Counted from the stretch's first letter, positions 46,371 through 58,494 are shown. The stretch is DNA of 64,000 nucleotides from Fistulifera solaris (GCA_030295235.1 AP026164.1:1550001-1614000); one strand, 5' to 3'. Numbers and translations: made by a program. The notes: a model not told the origin generated them from the sequence alone.

Positions 46371-46993
46371 TCAATTCGCATACACCAAATCCGTCCGTAG
46401 GATGTATTTGATTCCCCCTTTCACTGGTTTTCCCTCATGCTGCAGACAATCATCACCGTGTACGTGCAATAGCATGGCTCCTTCTTGTGGTGAAAATGCT
46501 ACATTCGACTCGAACGAAGTAGCTCCTCCTTGACACTCGGACAAGTAAATTAATACGGTCACACGAGTCTTTCCCCATCCAGGTATCACCTGACTTTCAT
46601 CGACATGTTTTCCAAACGACATACCTTTTGTATATTTGTACAATCGTAAGTTTGGATTGCACATGATGGTGGTCCGAGCGGCAACACTTTGCCGTGATGC
46701 TGGAGGCGTTCATAGATACGACGAGCCATGATTTCATCGTTCCGTTGAAAGCGGTAACATTCCCGCTGCGCATAATACCTGTTGCCGCGTTGTTGTGTCA
46801 ATGCCATCGTAATATCCTGTTCCATGTATTGAATCCAGGCTTGACATTCATCGTGAGTAAAAAAGTTGTGGAGGATCCAAATTCGATCGGGAAGGAGTGT
46901 TTCGAAGCGGATGGTGTTTCGTTCGGACGACAATAACGTAGAAGGAAAACACTCGTCGTTGCAGCTCTTTATAGCGTTTTTTGGTTTGCCCAT
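46371..46993 (-). CDS. Prolyl-4-hydroxylase-like 2OG-Fe(II) oxygenase; frameshift at ~46670
   Basis: ILHNFFTHDECQAWI; NPNLRLYKY...FGKHVD; TVLIYL...GGAT.F; HEG.PV..G.KYILRTD. Confidence 0.85.
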
Positions 46994-47357
46994 GTTCCTC
47001 CGAATGATGCTGTTTGAAGTTTGAATTCACAACCTACCAGGTAGGCTTTTTTCCTATCAACAGCAACGATCGCGGTTCCTTGACATGAAAAAGTGGCCCA
47101 CTCAGTGTCCTATACTTTGAGGTTGTCGGTACGGCACTGAAATAGTAGGTTCAGCCAACTGGTCAAGCGGACAGACGATCGGCCTCTTTGCGTTTAGCGT
47201 ACGACACGCGGAATGTGTGTGAACGGCCATGGGGCAAGACGCAAAACATCCACAACAACAACACCCACAATTAAAAAAAAGCCGATGCATCCATCTTTTT
47301 ATTCATGGCCAACATCCATTAACAGATTCAACAATCAAATACAAAGAATATAAAAAA

Positions 47358-48817
47358 ATGAGATATTCTTTTTTATCTGTTCTCCTGTTGGCGACTTGCA
47401 CTCAAAACACTCTCGCAACAGTACGTGATGCGTCCGCACTTCCCGGAAGTCTCCGAAACGTCATTACGGCTCTGGAAAAGATCTTCAATGCAGTCAAGTG
47501 GCGGCGGCGTGTCTCCTCACAAGTACCAGTGTCACACCCAGTCAAAAAGATGCTCTGTTGACGGCATTGACGGGATCTTCGGCGAAAGTGGTTGGAACGG
47601 AGGCCGGTTGCATCGTGGCAACTCCCGAAACCATTCCCGAGGCGACGGTGGCCTCGTGTGCATGCGATGGAACGATTGTGTATTACGCCAGTGCCGTAGA
47701 TTTAGTCCGTGGAGAAGGTTTGTTTCTAACGTTAGCACCGGCACTGGAATCGCTCGTGGCTGTGGGGGCGACAACGGGGAAGTTGATGGTGATTGTGCCC
47801 CCGGGCATGACCGTTTCCGAAACGCAAACATTGTTGGAAGCCGCCGCGGAAGAGATTTTAAGCAATTTGGTAACACCCACCGTTACCAATTTGCAGAGAA
47901 TTTTCTCTCAAATTACGTACATTCCTCTGAACGAAGTGAACACCTCACAAATGGAAAACCTTCTCGCCGACAAAGTACCGCCGTCTCAAATGGTCAGTCG
48001 CCTGCAAGCGGCGGCACCGATTTCCGATATCTGTGATCTCTCTTCCGTCGATGTCACGGCGGTGCGACTGTTAGCGCCGGCGGCTCGACTGAATTTAAGA
48101 CAGGTCACGGAACAGGTGCGAAGTATCACCACTGATATCAATGACGGAACGACCAACCTGGTGATGAATTTTGGAGAAGTCTGCGAGGCGGCCATGGAAC
48201 AGGCCCAGAATCGTCTCATCGTTGCGGCGGGATCGAGTGCTGCCGCCCTACTGGCGTCACCCGCGGGACGACAGTGTCAAATTTATTTGGAAACGGGCGT
48301 CGAACGGGAACTCTACAGTCTGTTTGAAGAACAAATGAGTTTGTGTGCACAGGCTTCTTTTGAGCAGTTGAAGAAAAGTCTTTCCAAACTCATTGTAGCA
48401 CCTACGTTGGCGGATGACATGGAGCGTGAAGCCAACAAGGCCATTGCGGCCTTTTCGGCCGCTGCGAAAAAGATGGTGTGCAAGAAATGCACCAGCTGGA
48501 GTGTGGATCCCGCCAAGGACGAATTCCGTCGGGTCGTCAAGGATTATATAGCGAAGCGTCTCTTGTCGGCACGAGCGGGAGGTCAGTTCCGTCCCGTACC
48601 CCGCAAAGGTATTACCGTCGGTTTGCATTGGTTATTGCCGAAACCATTCGGTAACGATTATCGACAAGAGCCCTGGATGGTTCATGCCACGGATGGTTTA
48701 GTCTATGTACCGAAAGATAAGATTACGGATGTCAGTCCCGAAGAAGTGGCGGCGGGAGACTGGAGGCGCAAGGTTGTCCCCAGTCCGGTGGGGAATGATA
48801 TGATTTACATGCAGTAA
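47358..48817 (+). CDS. Signal-peptide protein resembling a divergent RHD3/Sey1 (atlastin-like) GTPase; frameshift near 47500-47530
   Basis: Signal MRYSFLSVLLLATCTQNTLA; ACDGTIVY, KLMVIVP, RIFSQITYIPL, NFGEVC..., SWSVDPAKDEFRRVV follow RHD3/Sey1 motif order by eye; no P-loop or TM hairpin seen. Confidence 0.55.
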
Positions 48818-49226
48818 AGAGAAGTAATGTTGGTACCGTGGCAGGATACTCCGAGAATGGCTAACTCAGAGTCTGGCTAACATGCTAAAACAGTTAATAT
48901 AAACCGACTTGTGTGACTGAATGATGCTTTGTTAGATGTTCTGAACTTCTTCTGACTGTTTTTGTTTAAATCACCTGTAACTGAATCTGATTGAAAGGCG
49001 ATAGTCAAAAACTGATACAATAATAGAATACACAATTGTCTCAAATTGTCGGAATCTTTGTGCTACTAAGTGTTATATTCATTTAGCGAATCATCAAGCT
49101 ATGTGCCGAGGTAGAATTTTACAATAATATATGCGAAGCTCATGATGCTGGTTCATTTCAACATAAAAGACGCCTTTTTGGTACCTGTTGTTACAACCCG
49201 TTGTCGGAAACTGACACCTTTTTGTT

Positions 49227-50639
49227 TTAAAAGAACCATATTCGGTTCTGGTCTTGAGGCTCGCGGGATTTGGGAGGGGAACGGTTTGGGCGGGTCCTTG
49301 GCGCAAGCGGTGCGGCCTCATCCTTATTTATGTATTCCTTTAACTTGTAACTGCGCTGGGGGTGGCGAAGTTTGTTCAGTGCTCTGGCTTCGACAAGCCG
49401 TACTCTGTCAACAGTGAGACCAAGAGAGTCCGCTGTTTCAGCTACAGACCTAGGATTGCCATCTTCCAGACCGTATCGGTTGATGATAACTTCTCGCTCG
49501 GAAGCAGCCAGAGAAGTTTCCATCACAGCACGAATATCACGGCGAAGGTAGTCCGCTTCGATGTCCTCTTCTGGGGTTGGACCTTCGGAAGCAAGTGTGT
49601 CACCGAGTGTTCTTGAGTCCTCTTTAAATGAGGTTGTTTTTAATGGTTTTTCAAGACTTAACACGTTGCGGCTTGATTCTGCATACAATTGAATCTTCTT
49701 CAGCGGAACGTCCAAATGATGCGCCAACTCGGGCGTCGTCGGTTCCCGACCGGTTTGCTCCTTAAACTCCATTTTAGCCTTCTTCATCTTTTGAAGCATG
49801 GCGTGTACATGAGCAGGAAGTCGAATTGTTCTTGAGGAGTCCAAGATAGAACGAAGAATTCGCTGTTTGACCCACCAAGTGGCGTATGTACTGAACCGGA
49901 AACCTTTCTCCGGCTTATATCGTTCTACAGCCTCCATAAGGCCCAGTGTTCCTTCCTGGACCATATCCTGGATGGTTAAAATGGTACCCACACCGCCGCT
50001 TTCCGCGGTCGATGATTTCAATGCGGCATAATGGCGTTTGGCGATGCTCGTCACCAAGCCAATATTGGCAGCCACCACCGCTTCGCGTGCGCCCTGTCCT
50101 TCCTCCAATAATTTTCTCAAGTTTTCGACGGACACGCCGCAAGCTTCCGCCCAGTTCGCTTCGGTCGGCGATCGTTCGTGAAATTCGTAGACATTGTCAT
50201 TATTCTTGACCAATTCGTCTCGAACTTTCATGGCCGCCCGAAAGGTTTGAATGCGAAACGCGTAGAGTACTTCCTCTTCTCGAGTGAGACCGGATGTTTT
50301 TGTGTAAATATCCGCCGAAACATCTCGTTTCGACAACTGGAATGACTCGTGATTGGCGTTTTCGTGACGAGGTGGTGCCGCCGGAGGCACCGTCGGGTGA
50401 TGATAGGCTGGAGCGCTACGGTATTGTCGTTCCAATTGCTCCACTTGCTGCTGTCTCCTTCGTCGAGATAGAGATGGTTTCCTTCGCGTCGTCAATTCCG
50501 GTGGAGAAGCCGCAGATGTGTAATGCAGATCGGATCGTTGCTCGGACGGATGAGAATTATGAGACATTGGGGCAAAGGAATGAACGTGTTCGTTCATAGT
50601 CAAAATGAGTGTCGTCAGGAATAAAGAAGGGACTTTCAT
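49227..50639 (-). CDS. Nucleus-encoded plastid RNA polymerase sigma70 factor
   Basis: HVHSFAP presequence; ANIGLVTSIAKRH; QDMVQEGTLGLMEAVERYKPEKGFRFSTYATWWVKQ; RTIRLP; RVRLVEARALNKLR. Confidence 0.95.
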   Translation of the reverse strand: MKVPSLFLTTLILTMNEHVHSFAPMSHNSHPSEQRSDLHYTSAASPPELTTRRKPSLSRRRRQQQVEQLERQYRSAPAYHHPTVPPAAPPRHENANHESFQLSKRDVSADIYTKTSGLTREEEVLYAFRIQTFRAAMKVRDELVKNNDNVYEFHERSPTEANWAEACGVSVENLRKLLEEGQGAREAVVAANIGLVTSIAKRHYAALKSSTAESGGVGTILTIQDMVQEGTLGLMEAVERYKPEKGFRFSTYATWWVKQRILRSILDSSRTIRLPAHVHAMLQKMKKAKMEFKEQTGREPTTPELAHHLDVPLKKIQLYAESSRNVLSLEKPLKTTSFKEDSRTLGDTLASEGPTPEEDIEADYLRRDIRAVMETSLAASEREVIINRYGLEDGNPRSVAETADSLGLTVDRVRLVEARALNKLRHPQRSYKLKEYINKDEAAPLAPRTRPNRSPPKSREPQDQNRIWFF

Positions 50640-50873
50640 GATTGCTGTCGCTTAACTTATTTGTTTCAGGTTTGTAAAAGAACTAAAAGCGCAGTGAATA
50701 ATATATTAATGCTCTGGATCTTGGTGTCTTTTTGTTTTGATCTTCCTTCCTGTCGTCGAAGCGTGCATTTGCGTGGTGGCTGCATGTTTTTTTTTCCCTC
50801 GACCATTGGCCATTTTAGCGGTAGTGCGTGCGTATGCAGAGAAAGGGCGGATCTCCGCGGAGCGGATAGAACG

Positions 50874-51100
50874 ACGTCATACATCCACAATCTGTCCGTA
50901 GAGTAAAGACCGATGTGGATGGTTGGGGTTCTGAACGCTCCTCACGAAATGCGAACCCATTGAGTACCAGATCAACTCATTGACTATGGATTGAAATGTA
51001 ATGCATCGGACGTCAGAGTGTTATGACGTTCGTGCTAGGAACTACAAACCACGCGACACGCCGCTCTTACAGCCCTGGCTACTATGACGTCACAACGTCA
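50874..51100. promoter_or_regulatory. Cluster of TGACGT motifs upstream of the sigma factor gene
   Basis: ACGTCA at 50874 and 51010, TGACGT at 51024, TGACGTCA at 51085, ACGTCA at 51095. Confidence 0.55.
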
Positions 51101-51355
51101 ACTGGACCATCATCCGTGTCATCACCCCATCTCAAAAACAAGTCATGAGTCATGAGGAAATCGTCATGCCTTCTAAAAACTCTAGAGCCAAAGACCTCCA
51201 GTGATCCACAAAGCTGTCAAGATTTCAGTTGTACTCCCTATTTCAATAATTTTTTCTAGCATATTTCATACACTATCCATCATTGAAGAAGCGTCAGTCG
51301 TTTCGTGGACCATGAAACTCCGCGGCGAAGGCCGAGCCATTCCAAGGAAACACCA

Positions 51356-51789
51356 TTATTTTCCTTCCAATTCCAAGAATTGCTGCACATCCTCTCGCAA
51401 TTCCTGTAAATACTTGGCCGCATCGGACGCATTTTCTTTACCCGGCCGACTACTCCGATTGATCCCAATCAAATCAAATGTCACGGCATTGCTGTATTGC
51501 GTTGCCTTTTTCTTTTTCTTGCAACAAAGATTTCTTGGCTTGACCCATGGCACCTTTTCGTAACACTTGATCGTACGTTTTGGTGAAGTCCAAGAGTGCG
51601 GTAAAATCGTCTTGTTCCAAACAGCGTTGCATATACGCGATGCCACCCTCAGTACTGTATAATTCACGGCGGACAGCATCGAATGCGGAAGTTTCTTCTA
51701 CAGCGAGAGCGGGTGTCGTCGCGAGAACTGTGCCAACTACCACGAAAGTCTCACCGAAGCCGCGTCGTGTGCAAGAATGATGCTGCGAC

Positions 51790-51836
<47 letters not shown>

Positions 51837-51920
51837 CGGCAGATTCCAAGCGTGTAGTTGCCAGCACCCCAAGGAAATCCAAAGAATCATCAGGCGCAAT
51901 GACATTTGTGTAGACAGCAT
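51356..51920 (-). CDS. Putative thylakoid-lumen helical protein (PsbQ-like?) with a poly-His stretch in the transit region; frameshift at ~51510
   Basis: Signal ...QLHA-WNL, then His14, then twin-arginine TRRGF...PALA; helical mature part joined across a T run. Confidence 0.6.
51791..51835. repeat. (GAT)15 microsatellite encoding His14
   Basis: Seen directly. Confidence 0.95.
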
Positions 51921-52282
51921 GATGGGTATGATGAAGAAAAGAATAGAAAAGAATTGATTGGTTAGCCAATAGACGGACGAATAAGAATGGCCATGGAAGG
52001 GAGATTGTTGTTATTTTTTTTTGTTGGTTCGTCCCAAATTGCAAATTGCAACGATCGGCTTTTCGCCGGCTTCCAGTTGTTCGTTGAAAACGTGTAATAC
52101 AATCGTACCGGTATAGACAAACGGCAACACGGCACGGCGGTCATCGTCGCGGCAGCCGATCTTTTTTTATTGCGCTGCGTTGCAATAAACACAATGAACG
52201 CGAAAGAGAAATAAAACAAAATAAAATAAAATACAACGAAAGCTCTTCTTCTTTTTTTTTCTTCACTTTCTCTTTTTGAAGA

Positions 52283-55200
52283 ATGTTAACGAAATTTGAA
52301 TCAAAATCAGCTCGCGTCAAGGGCTTGGCGTTTCATCCCGTACGACCTTGGATTTGTGCGTCCTTGCACAATGGAGTCATTCAACTGTACGTTACGTCGT
52401 TTCTTCTTCTTACTGAGACGTGTTAGCTTTCTTTTCTCTATAACTACTAACACACGACATTGCAGTTGGGACTACCGAGTCGGAACGGTCATTGATCGTT
52501 TCGAAGAACATGATGGACCCGTCCGCGGTGTTGATTTTCATTTCACGGAACCCTTGTTGGTGTCCGGTGGAGATGATTATAAAATCAAAGTTTGGGATTA
52601 CAAACTCCGTCGTTGTCTCTTTACACTCTTAGGACATCTCGATTACATCCGGACGGTCCAATTTCATCCCAATGCGGCGCAATATCCCTGGATCTTATCG
52701 GCATCCGATGATCAGACCTTGCGATTGTGGGATTTTGCCCGTCGGACGTGTTTGTCCGTCTTGACGGGTCACAATCATTACGTCATGTGTGCAACCTTTC
52801 ATCCGACCGACGATTTGATTGTCTCCGCTTCCTTGGATCAAACGGTCCGTGTTTGGGATACGGCCGGATTGCGGAAAAAACAAATGGGCGAAGCCTTGGA
52901 ACACGCGGGCATTGCCCGCAACAAAACGACCCAATCGATCAACGTACAAGCCGAATTGTTCGGAACCAACGACGTTGTCGTCAAGTATGTCTTGGAAGGA
53001 CACGATCGGGGTGTTAATTGGGCGTCCTTCCATCCCACTCTGCCGTTACTGGCATCGGCCGCCGATGATCGGCAAGTCAAATTGTGGCGCATGAGCGAAA
53101 CCAAAGCGTGGGAAGTCGATACGCTCCGAGGACACGCGAACAACGTCTCGTGCTGTCTATTTCATCCCAAACACGATTTGATCGTCTCCAACTCGGAAGA
53201 TCGTTCCATCCGCGTGTGGGATGTCAGCAAACGGGTCGGTGTCCAAACCTTCCGGCGGGAAGGCGATCGATTTTGGATTTTGGCCGCCCATAAATCGCAG
53301 AATTTGCTCGCGGCCGGTCACGACAGTGGTATGATTGTGTTCAAACTAGAAAGAGAACGTCCCGCGGCGTGTTCCGCGCCCAACAATAGCCTGTACTATG
53401 TTCGGGGCCGGGAACTCTTTCTCCATGATTTGAGCCGCAACGTCGATGTCCCCATTGCGAGTTTGCGTCGGATGGGACAACAGGCTCAAACGGATGGAAT
53501 TGGCAGTGCGCCGCGCTATTTGACGTACAATCACCACAATCCCAGTGAAGGCAATATTTTGGTCACCACCGATGTCGATGGTGGTTCGTACGAATTGGTG
53601 ACGTTTGCGTTGGGCAACGCCAGTGGCAGTGTCACGGATGGCAAACGGGGTTCGTGTTTGGGACCCGGTGTCTTTTTGGGACAAAATCGATTCGCGATTT
53701 TGGATCGTCAACGTCAAATTGTCATTAAAAACTTGCAGAATGAAACGACCAAGAAGGTACAACCACCGGTTCCGACCGTCGAAGGGCTTCTCGATGGTGG
53801 TGCTTCGGGACGAGTCTTGCTACGTGCCGAAGATCGGGCCATTCTCTTTGAAGTGCAGTCGCGACGCGTGTTGGGAGAACTCACGGCACCGAAAATCAAG
53901 TCGGTGGTGTGGAGTCCCGATGGCAGCAAAGTGGCCATTCTGTGCAAGTACGGTGTCGTCATTGCCAATCGGCAACTTGAACAGCTGTGCAGCGTTTCGG
54001 ACAATGTGCGCATCAAATCGGGTGCTTGGGATGTTTCGCCGTCGGGTGGGACGGCCTCCGAGCTATTCATTTACACGACGTTGCATCATGTCAAATACTG
54101 TCTTCCGTCGGGCGACACGGGGACAATCCGCACCTTGGATCAACCCGTGTATGCGACACGCGCCATCAAGGACCAGTTGTTCTGTTTGGACCGCGAAGCT
54201 CGTCCGCGTATGATCAGCATTGACACGACCGAAGCACGTTTCAAATTGGCTTTGGCCACCAAAAAGTACGGTCTAGTCATGCAGATGGTCCGACAGTCTC
54301 GTCTTTGTGGCCGCGCCATTGTGGCGTACCTGCAGTCCAAGGGCTTTCCCGAAGTGGCACTGCATTTTGTGCGCGAGCCGCATACGCGGTTCCGATTGGC
54401 GTTGGCCTGCGGCAATATTGAAGCGGCCATGGCCAGTGCCTTTACGTTGGAGCAGCAACAAGGTGGTAGCGATGGTGGGCGTCAAGTGTGGGGCGAATTG
54501 GGCAGCGAAGCCCTTCGACAAGGAAATCATCAAGTGGTGGAAATGAGTTATCAAAGAACGAAAGACTTTGATCGTTTATCCTTCTTGTATTTGATTTCGG
54601 GATCGACCGACAAACTTCGAAAGATGCTCAAGATCTCACAGATGCGCAACGACATTATGGGCAGATACCACAATGCTTTATTGCTCGGTGATGCCGCAGA
54701 ACGCGTGAAAGTCTTGGAAGAGAGTGGGAACTTGCCACTGGCTTATATTAGTGCTATGATGCATGGTCTTACGGAAGACGCGGAACGTATCAAGATTGCT
54801 ATTGAGACAAACAATGGAACGGTGGAAGGTTTGATGGAAAAGGTCGCTTCGACCGGGGCAAGATCTACGGGCCATTTGTTGCAGCCACCTACGCCCATTA
54901 TCCGTGCCGATAACTGGCCTACCTTGGAGGTGGCGAAGACCACGCTCGAAGATTTGACATCCTCTCCCGAAGAAGAAGGTGGAATGGAGGAATTCCATGA
55001 CGCGTCTCCTGCCGCCGGAAATATGGATCTTGGCGCTGATGACTGGGGAGACGACGATGCTGGTGGTATATCAGGCTCAGCTGCTATTGCCGCAGATGAC
55101 TTTGATTTTGGCGATGACATGGGAGACTGGGGTGATGATCTCGACGGCCTCGACGATGGTGAGCCGAGTCACGCCGCTGCGGACCACGAAATGGCGGGAA

Positions 55201-56174
55201 TCTCGGATGTCGGTGCCGAATCGGGTGCCTTTGTCATGCCTGCCGCAGGAAGACCGGCAGCTGGATGCTGGGCTGCCAACAGCTCTCATGCCGCTGATCA
55301 CCTTGCCGCTGGAGCTGCTTCTTCTGGTTTGCAACTTTTGAATCGCCAGATTGCTGCGAGCGACTTCAGTTTGTTAAAGCCAAGTATGATATCCTGCTAT
55401 TTGGGTGCAACGGCAAGCATGCCAGGTATCCCTGGCTGCCCGTCTATTTCGTTGCCTTTGATGCGAAATGACCGATCGGGTCACCCAGGTGCTGGCAGCC
55501 TGCCCCGTACACCCCTCAAGGTACAAGATCTTGTTGCTGGAATCAAGAATGGTTATCGATTTTTCCAAGGTGGCAAGTTCAACGATGCCAAGGGTGCTTT
55601 TGGAACAGTTCTTACTCAGATTCCCCTCGTTGTTACCGACAATCGTGCCGAAGCGAGTGAGATGAAAGCCATGCTTTCCATCTGCAGAGAGTACATCACG
55701 GCTATTCGACTCAAGGCTGCCATCGCGGAAGCGGGCGAAGATCCTGTCCGCGCCACAGAGCTATCGGCCTACTTCACACATTGCAACTTGCAGTCCGTCC
55801 ATTTACTACTGGCACTCCGAGCCGCCATGGGTACTGCATTCAAGCATAAGAACTTTATCGTGGCTGCCAGCTTTGCTCGACGCTTGCTCGAATTGCCGGA
55901 TATGGCGAGCGAGCGAAACGCCGAGCTCCGAGGCAAGGCTACTAAGGTTCTTCAGAAGAGTGAACAGATGGCGCGTAATGAGCACCAACTCAATTATGAT
56001 GAAACCAAGACCTTTTCCATCGATTGCCAGAAGCTTGTACCCATCTACGCCGACCAAGGTATTGAATGTTCTTATTGTGAATCCAAATACGACGAGTCTA
56101 TGAAGAACACAATCTGTGTGACATGCGGGTTTTGTGCAGTTGGTATCAAAACGATTGGCCTTGTTACTGGTTAA
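52283..56174 (+). CDS. COPA: Coatomer subunit alpha; intron 52387-52465
   Basis: Exon 1 [23 protein letters not shown]...HNGVIQL|WDYR; WD40 repeats; [13 protein letters not shown]-terminal zinc ribbon. Confidence 0.97.
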
Positions 56175-56315
56175 TCATCGACCTACTCAGCTTTTCAACT
56201 CTAAACAAAGAATAAGGCACCAATGTTAGTATTCAACTAAAATTCTAAAAAGTAACAAATGAAGTTTGAAGCAAGTCAAAGTGGTCTTACATATGGAAGT
56301 TGATACTATAAAACT

Positions 56316-57686
56316 CTATATTTCCGTCCGGGTGATGGTTGGAATAGTGAACATTTGAATGCCCAAGGTCGAACAGATTTGCCGCGATGCGGTAGCGGCC
56401 CAATTCCACAATTGGAGTCCCCACCACAAGGATAAGCATTGCCAAAGAAGGACGTGTCCTTCCGCTGTCAATCGCGGATCATACAGGGACACACTTACGG
56501 CCACCAGCAACGGCAGGACGTCGAGTTGCACGATCGCAATGGATTGTCGTGACATGGCAAAGACAATTACTTTGATGGTCATGAAACAGTATAGCAAACC
56601 GACGGCGAAACTTTTCCATCGAATCGCTTGATGAATGGGAGGAGAATTGCGATCGGTGATGGTGGGGAATTCGTCCAACAATGCCAATATCACAATGGCC
56701 ACGGGTGTGATCAGTTGCAGAAACGCCCGGAGTGTGTTCTTCCATGACTTGAGATGCACTGCGACACGCATCATAGACAACGAACACAATATTACGGTCA
56801 ACAAAAACCAGGCAAAGAGCATGGCGTCCTTGATTTGCCAATCGGCAATGGCATCGAGTAATGTTTGTGACCCTCCGCATGCGTCCAATACCTTCGCAGG
56901 CAACCATCCTTTCTCCAAAATAATTTGCAAATACGGTGCAAAGTCGTCATCGAACGGACCGTGGTCGGGATTTGTCGTAGCGACTCTCCAAACCGTTCCA
57001 AACAAGATACTGAGCAGGGCGAGTCCATAATTGACTTCCGTGACGCCAATCGGACCCGTCCCGTGCGGAAGAATACCGGTAAAATATTCTTCCCATTGTG
57101 CCAAGTAGAAAGTCGACTGCACAATCATTTGTAGCACCAACGAATCTCCGGCCCGCAACCAACCTTGAACGGCCGCGACATGGGCCAGTAAACACAAACA
57201 ATCCAAGCCGTGATCGAGCAATTGTCCCAATGGAGACGATGTTTTCGTCCGTCGGGCTTGTTTGCCATCCATACAGTCCAATGTATAAGCGGTGATGAGC
57301 AAAACACCATTCACGATCAACAACACGGCCGGTAATGCTTCCGTGGCGGTGGGTGCATAGTACCACGTCCCCGCGTACGACACGAGACAGTTCATGGCCC
57401 CGATCAATGTCACCAAATTGGGAGCCATCCAGAGAGGCAAACACTCTGTGAGTGAATTCCAGAGCGGATTGCAGAGATTGTCGAGCCACGTGTAAACGCC
57501 CGATCGATACTGATGACGTGCAATGCGCTGCAAGGAATCTTTCGTGAGCACGTCGGGCAAGGGACTGTCTTCTTGCCACACCACAATCGTCAAGGCGGGA
57601 TCATTCGCGTCATTACTGATACACATGATGCGGTGGAGTTGCTCAGAACGTATGATTGGTAAAAAACAAGCGGAGCGAAATGACAC
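56316..57686 (-). CDS. Choline/ethanolamine phosphotransferase (CDP-alcohol phosphatidyltransferase); start may be at 57626
   Basis: PLWMAPNLVT; LDCMDGKQARRTKTSSPLGQLLDHGLD; QWEEYFTG; GVTE. Confidence 0.92.
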   Translation of the reverse strand: MSFRSACFLPIIRSEQLHRIMCISNDANDPALTIVVWQEDSPLPDVLTKDSLQRIARHQYRSGVYTWLDNLCNPLWNSLTECLPLWMAPNLVTLIGAMNCLVSYAGTWYYAPTATEALPAVLLIVNGVLLITAYTLDCMDGKQARRTKTSSPLGQLLDHGLDCLCLLAHVAAVQGWLRAGDSLVLQMIVQSTFYLAQWEEYFTGILPHGTGPIGVTEVNYGLALLSILFGTVWRVATTNPDHGPFDDDFAPYLQIILEKGWLPAKVLDACGGSQTLLDAIADWQIKDAMLFAWFLLTVILCSLSMMRVAVHLKSWKNTLRAFLQLITPVAIVILALLDEFPTITDRNSPPIHQAIRWKSFAVGLLYCFMTIKVIVFAMSRQSIAIVQLDVLPLLVAVSVSLYDPRLTAEGHVLLWQCLSLWWGLQLWNWAATASRQICSTLGIQMFTIPTITRTEI

Positions 57687-57849
57687 ACAAAGATGATGAT
57701 CAAAAGGTTGTGAGTTGTGATGTTGTTGATGTTGTCACCTATTCTTTCACAGGTATCGCTGGGCGTATATGACCCAACCTCGCACCGGTACAAACTGTGT
57801 CTGCATAACGAAAACCGTTTCGACGCAATGATACAAAATACGATAAACA

Positions 57850-57875
57850 GTACCACACCGGTACCGTACCGGTAC
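57850..57875. repeat. GGTACC cluster in the divergent CEPT/RPL37A intergenic region
   Basis: gtaccacaccggtaccgtaccggtac. Confidence 0.75.
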
Positions 57876-58209
57876 TCGATCTGGTTTACCTCTTTCCGGC
57901 TTACTTGACCGAGAATCAGCGTTGTCCCAACGTGGAAAGGAAATAGACAGAGTCTTCTGTTGCATCTGTAACGATCGGAGCTATTATTGAAAGGTACGAG
58001 GACGGAAGAATAGCCAAGATGATTCACAATAATATACTTCGTGTCGCGCCTTTGTTGTCCTGTAGTTCGAGTGACGCGGCGTCACTCCGCCGGAATGCAT
58101 CGGTCGAGCGGGTTGTACTTCTGATTTTATCCTTTTGCGTTCCCAGCAGCATGTTCTAACGCTTCCTTTTCCTATCCCTTCAGACCCTCTTTATTAAAAA
58201 TAACACAAA

Positions 58210-58494
58210 ATGGGAAAACGCACCAAGAAAGTCGGAATCACGGGAAAGTACGGTACTCGTTACGGTAGCACACTCCGAAAGTTGGTCAAGAAGATCGAAA
58301 TCAGTCAACACAGCACGTACCACTGTGCCTTTTGCGGAAAAGACAATGTCAAGCGAACATGTGTGGGTATTTGGGAATGTAAAACATGCCGTAAAGTTGT
58401 AGCCGGTGGTGCTTACACGTTGGCGACTCCTTCCGCGGTTACCGTACGTTCTACCATTGGACGTCTGCGAAAGATGCAAGCCGAGTCGGCGTAA
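58210..58494 (+). CDS. RPL37A: 60S ribosomal protein L37a (eL43)
   Basis: [24 protein letters not shown]...CAFCGK...GIWECKTC...AGGAY. Confidence 0.98.
   Translation: MGKRTKKVGITGKYGTRYGSTLRKLVKKIEISQHSTYHCAFCGKDNVKRTCVGIWECKTCRKVVAGGAYTLATPSAVTVRSTIGRLRKMQAESA

Noticed and set aside
52296..52465. ORF-track N-terminus of COPA
   Set aside because: It reads through an intron; the conserved start MLTKFE is at 52283 in another frame.
58015..58125. Possible C/D box snoRNA upstream of RPL37A
   Set aside because: The C box is imperfect, and no terminal stem or rRNA antisense element was recognised.
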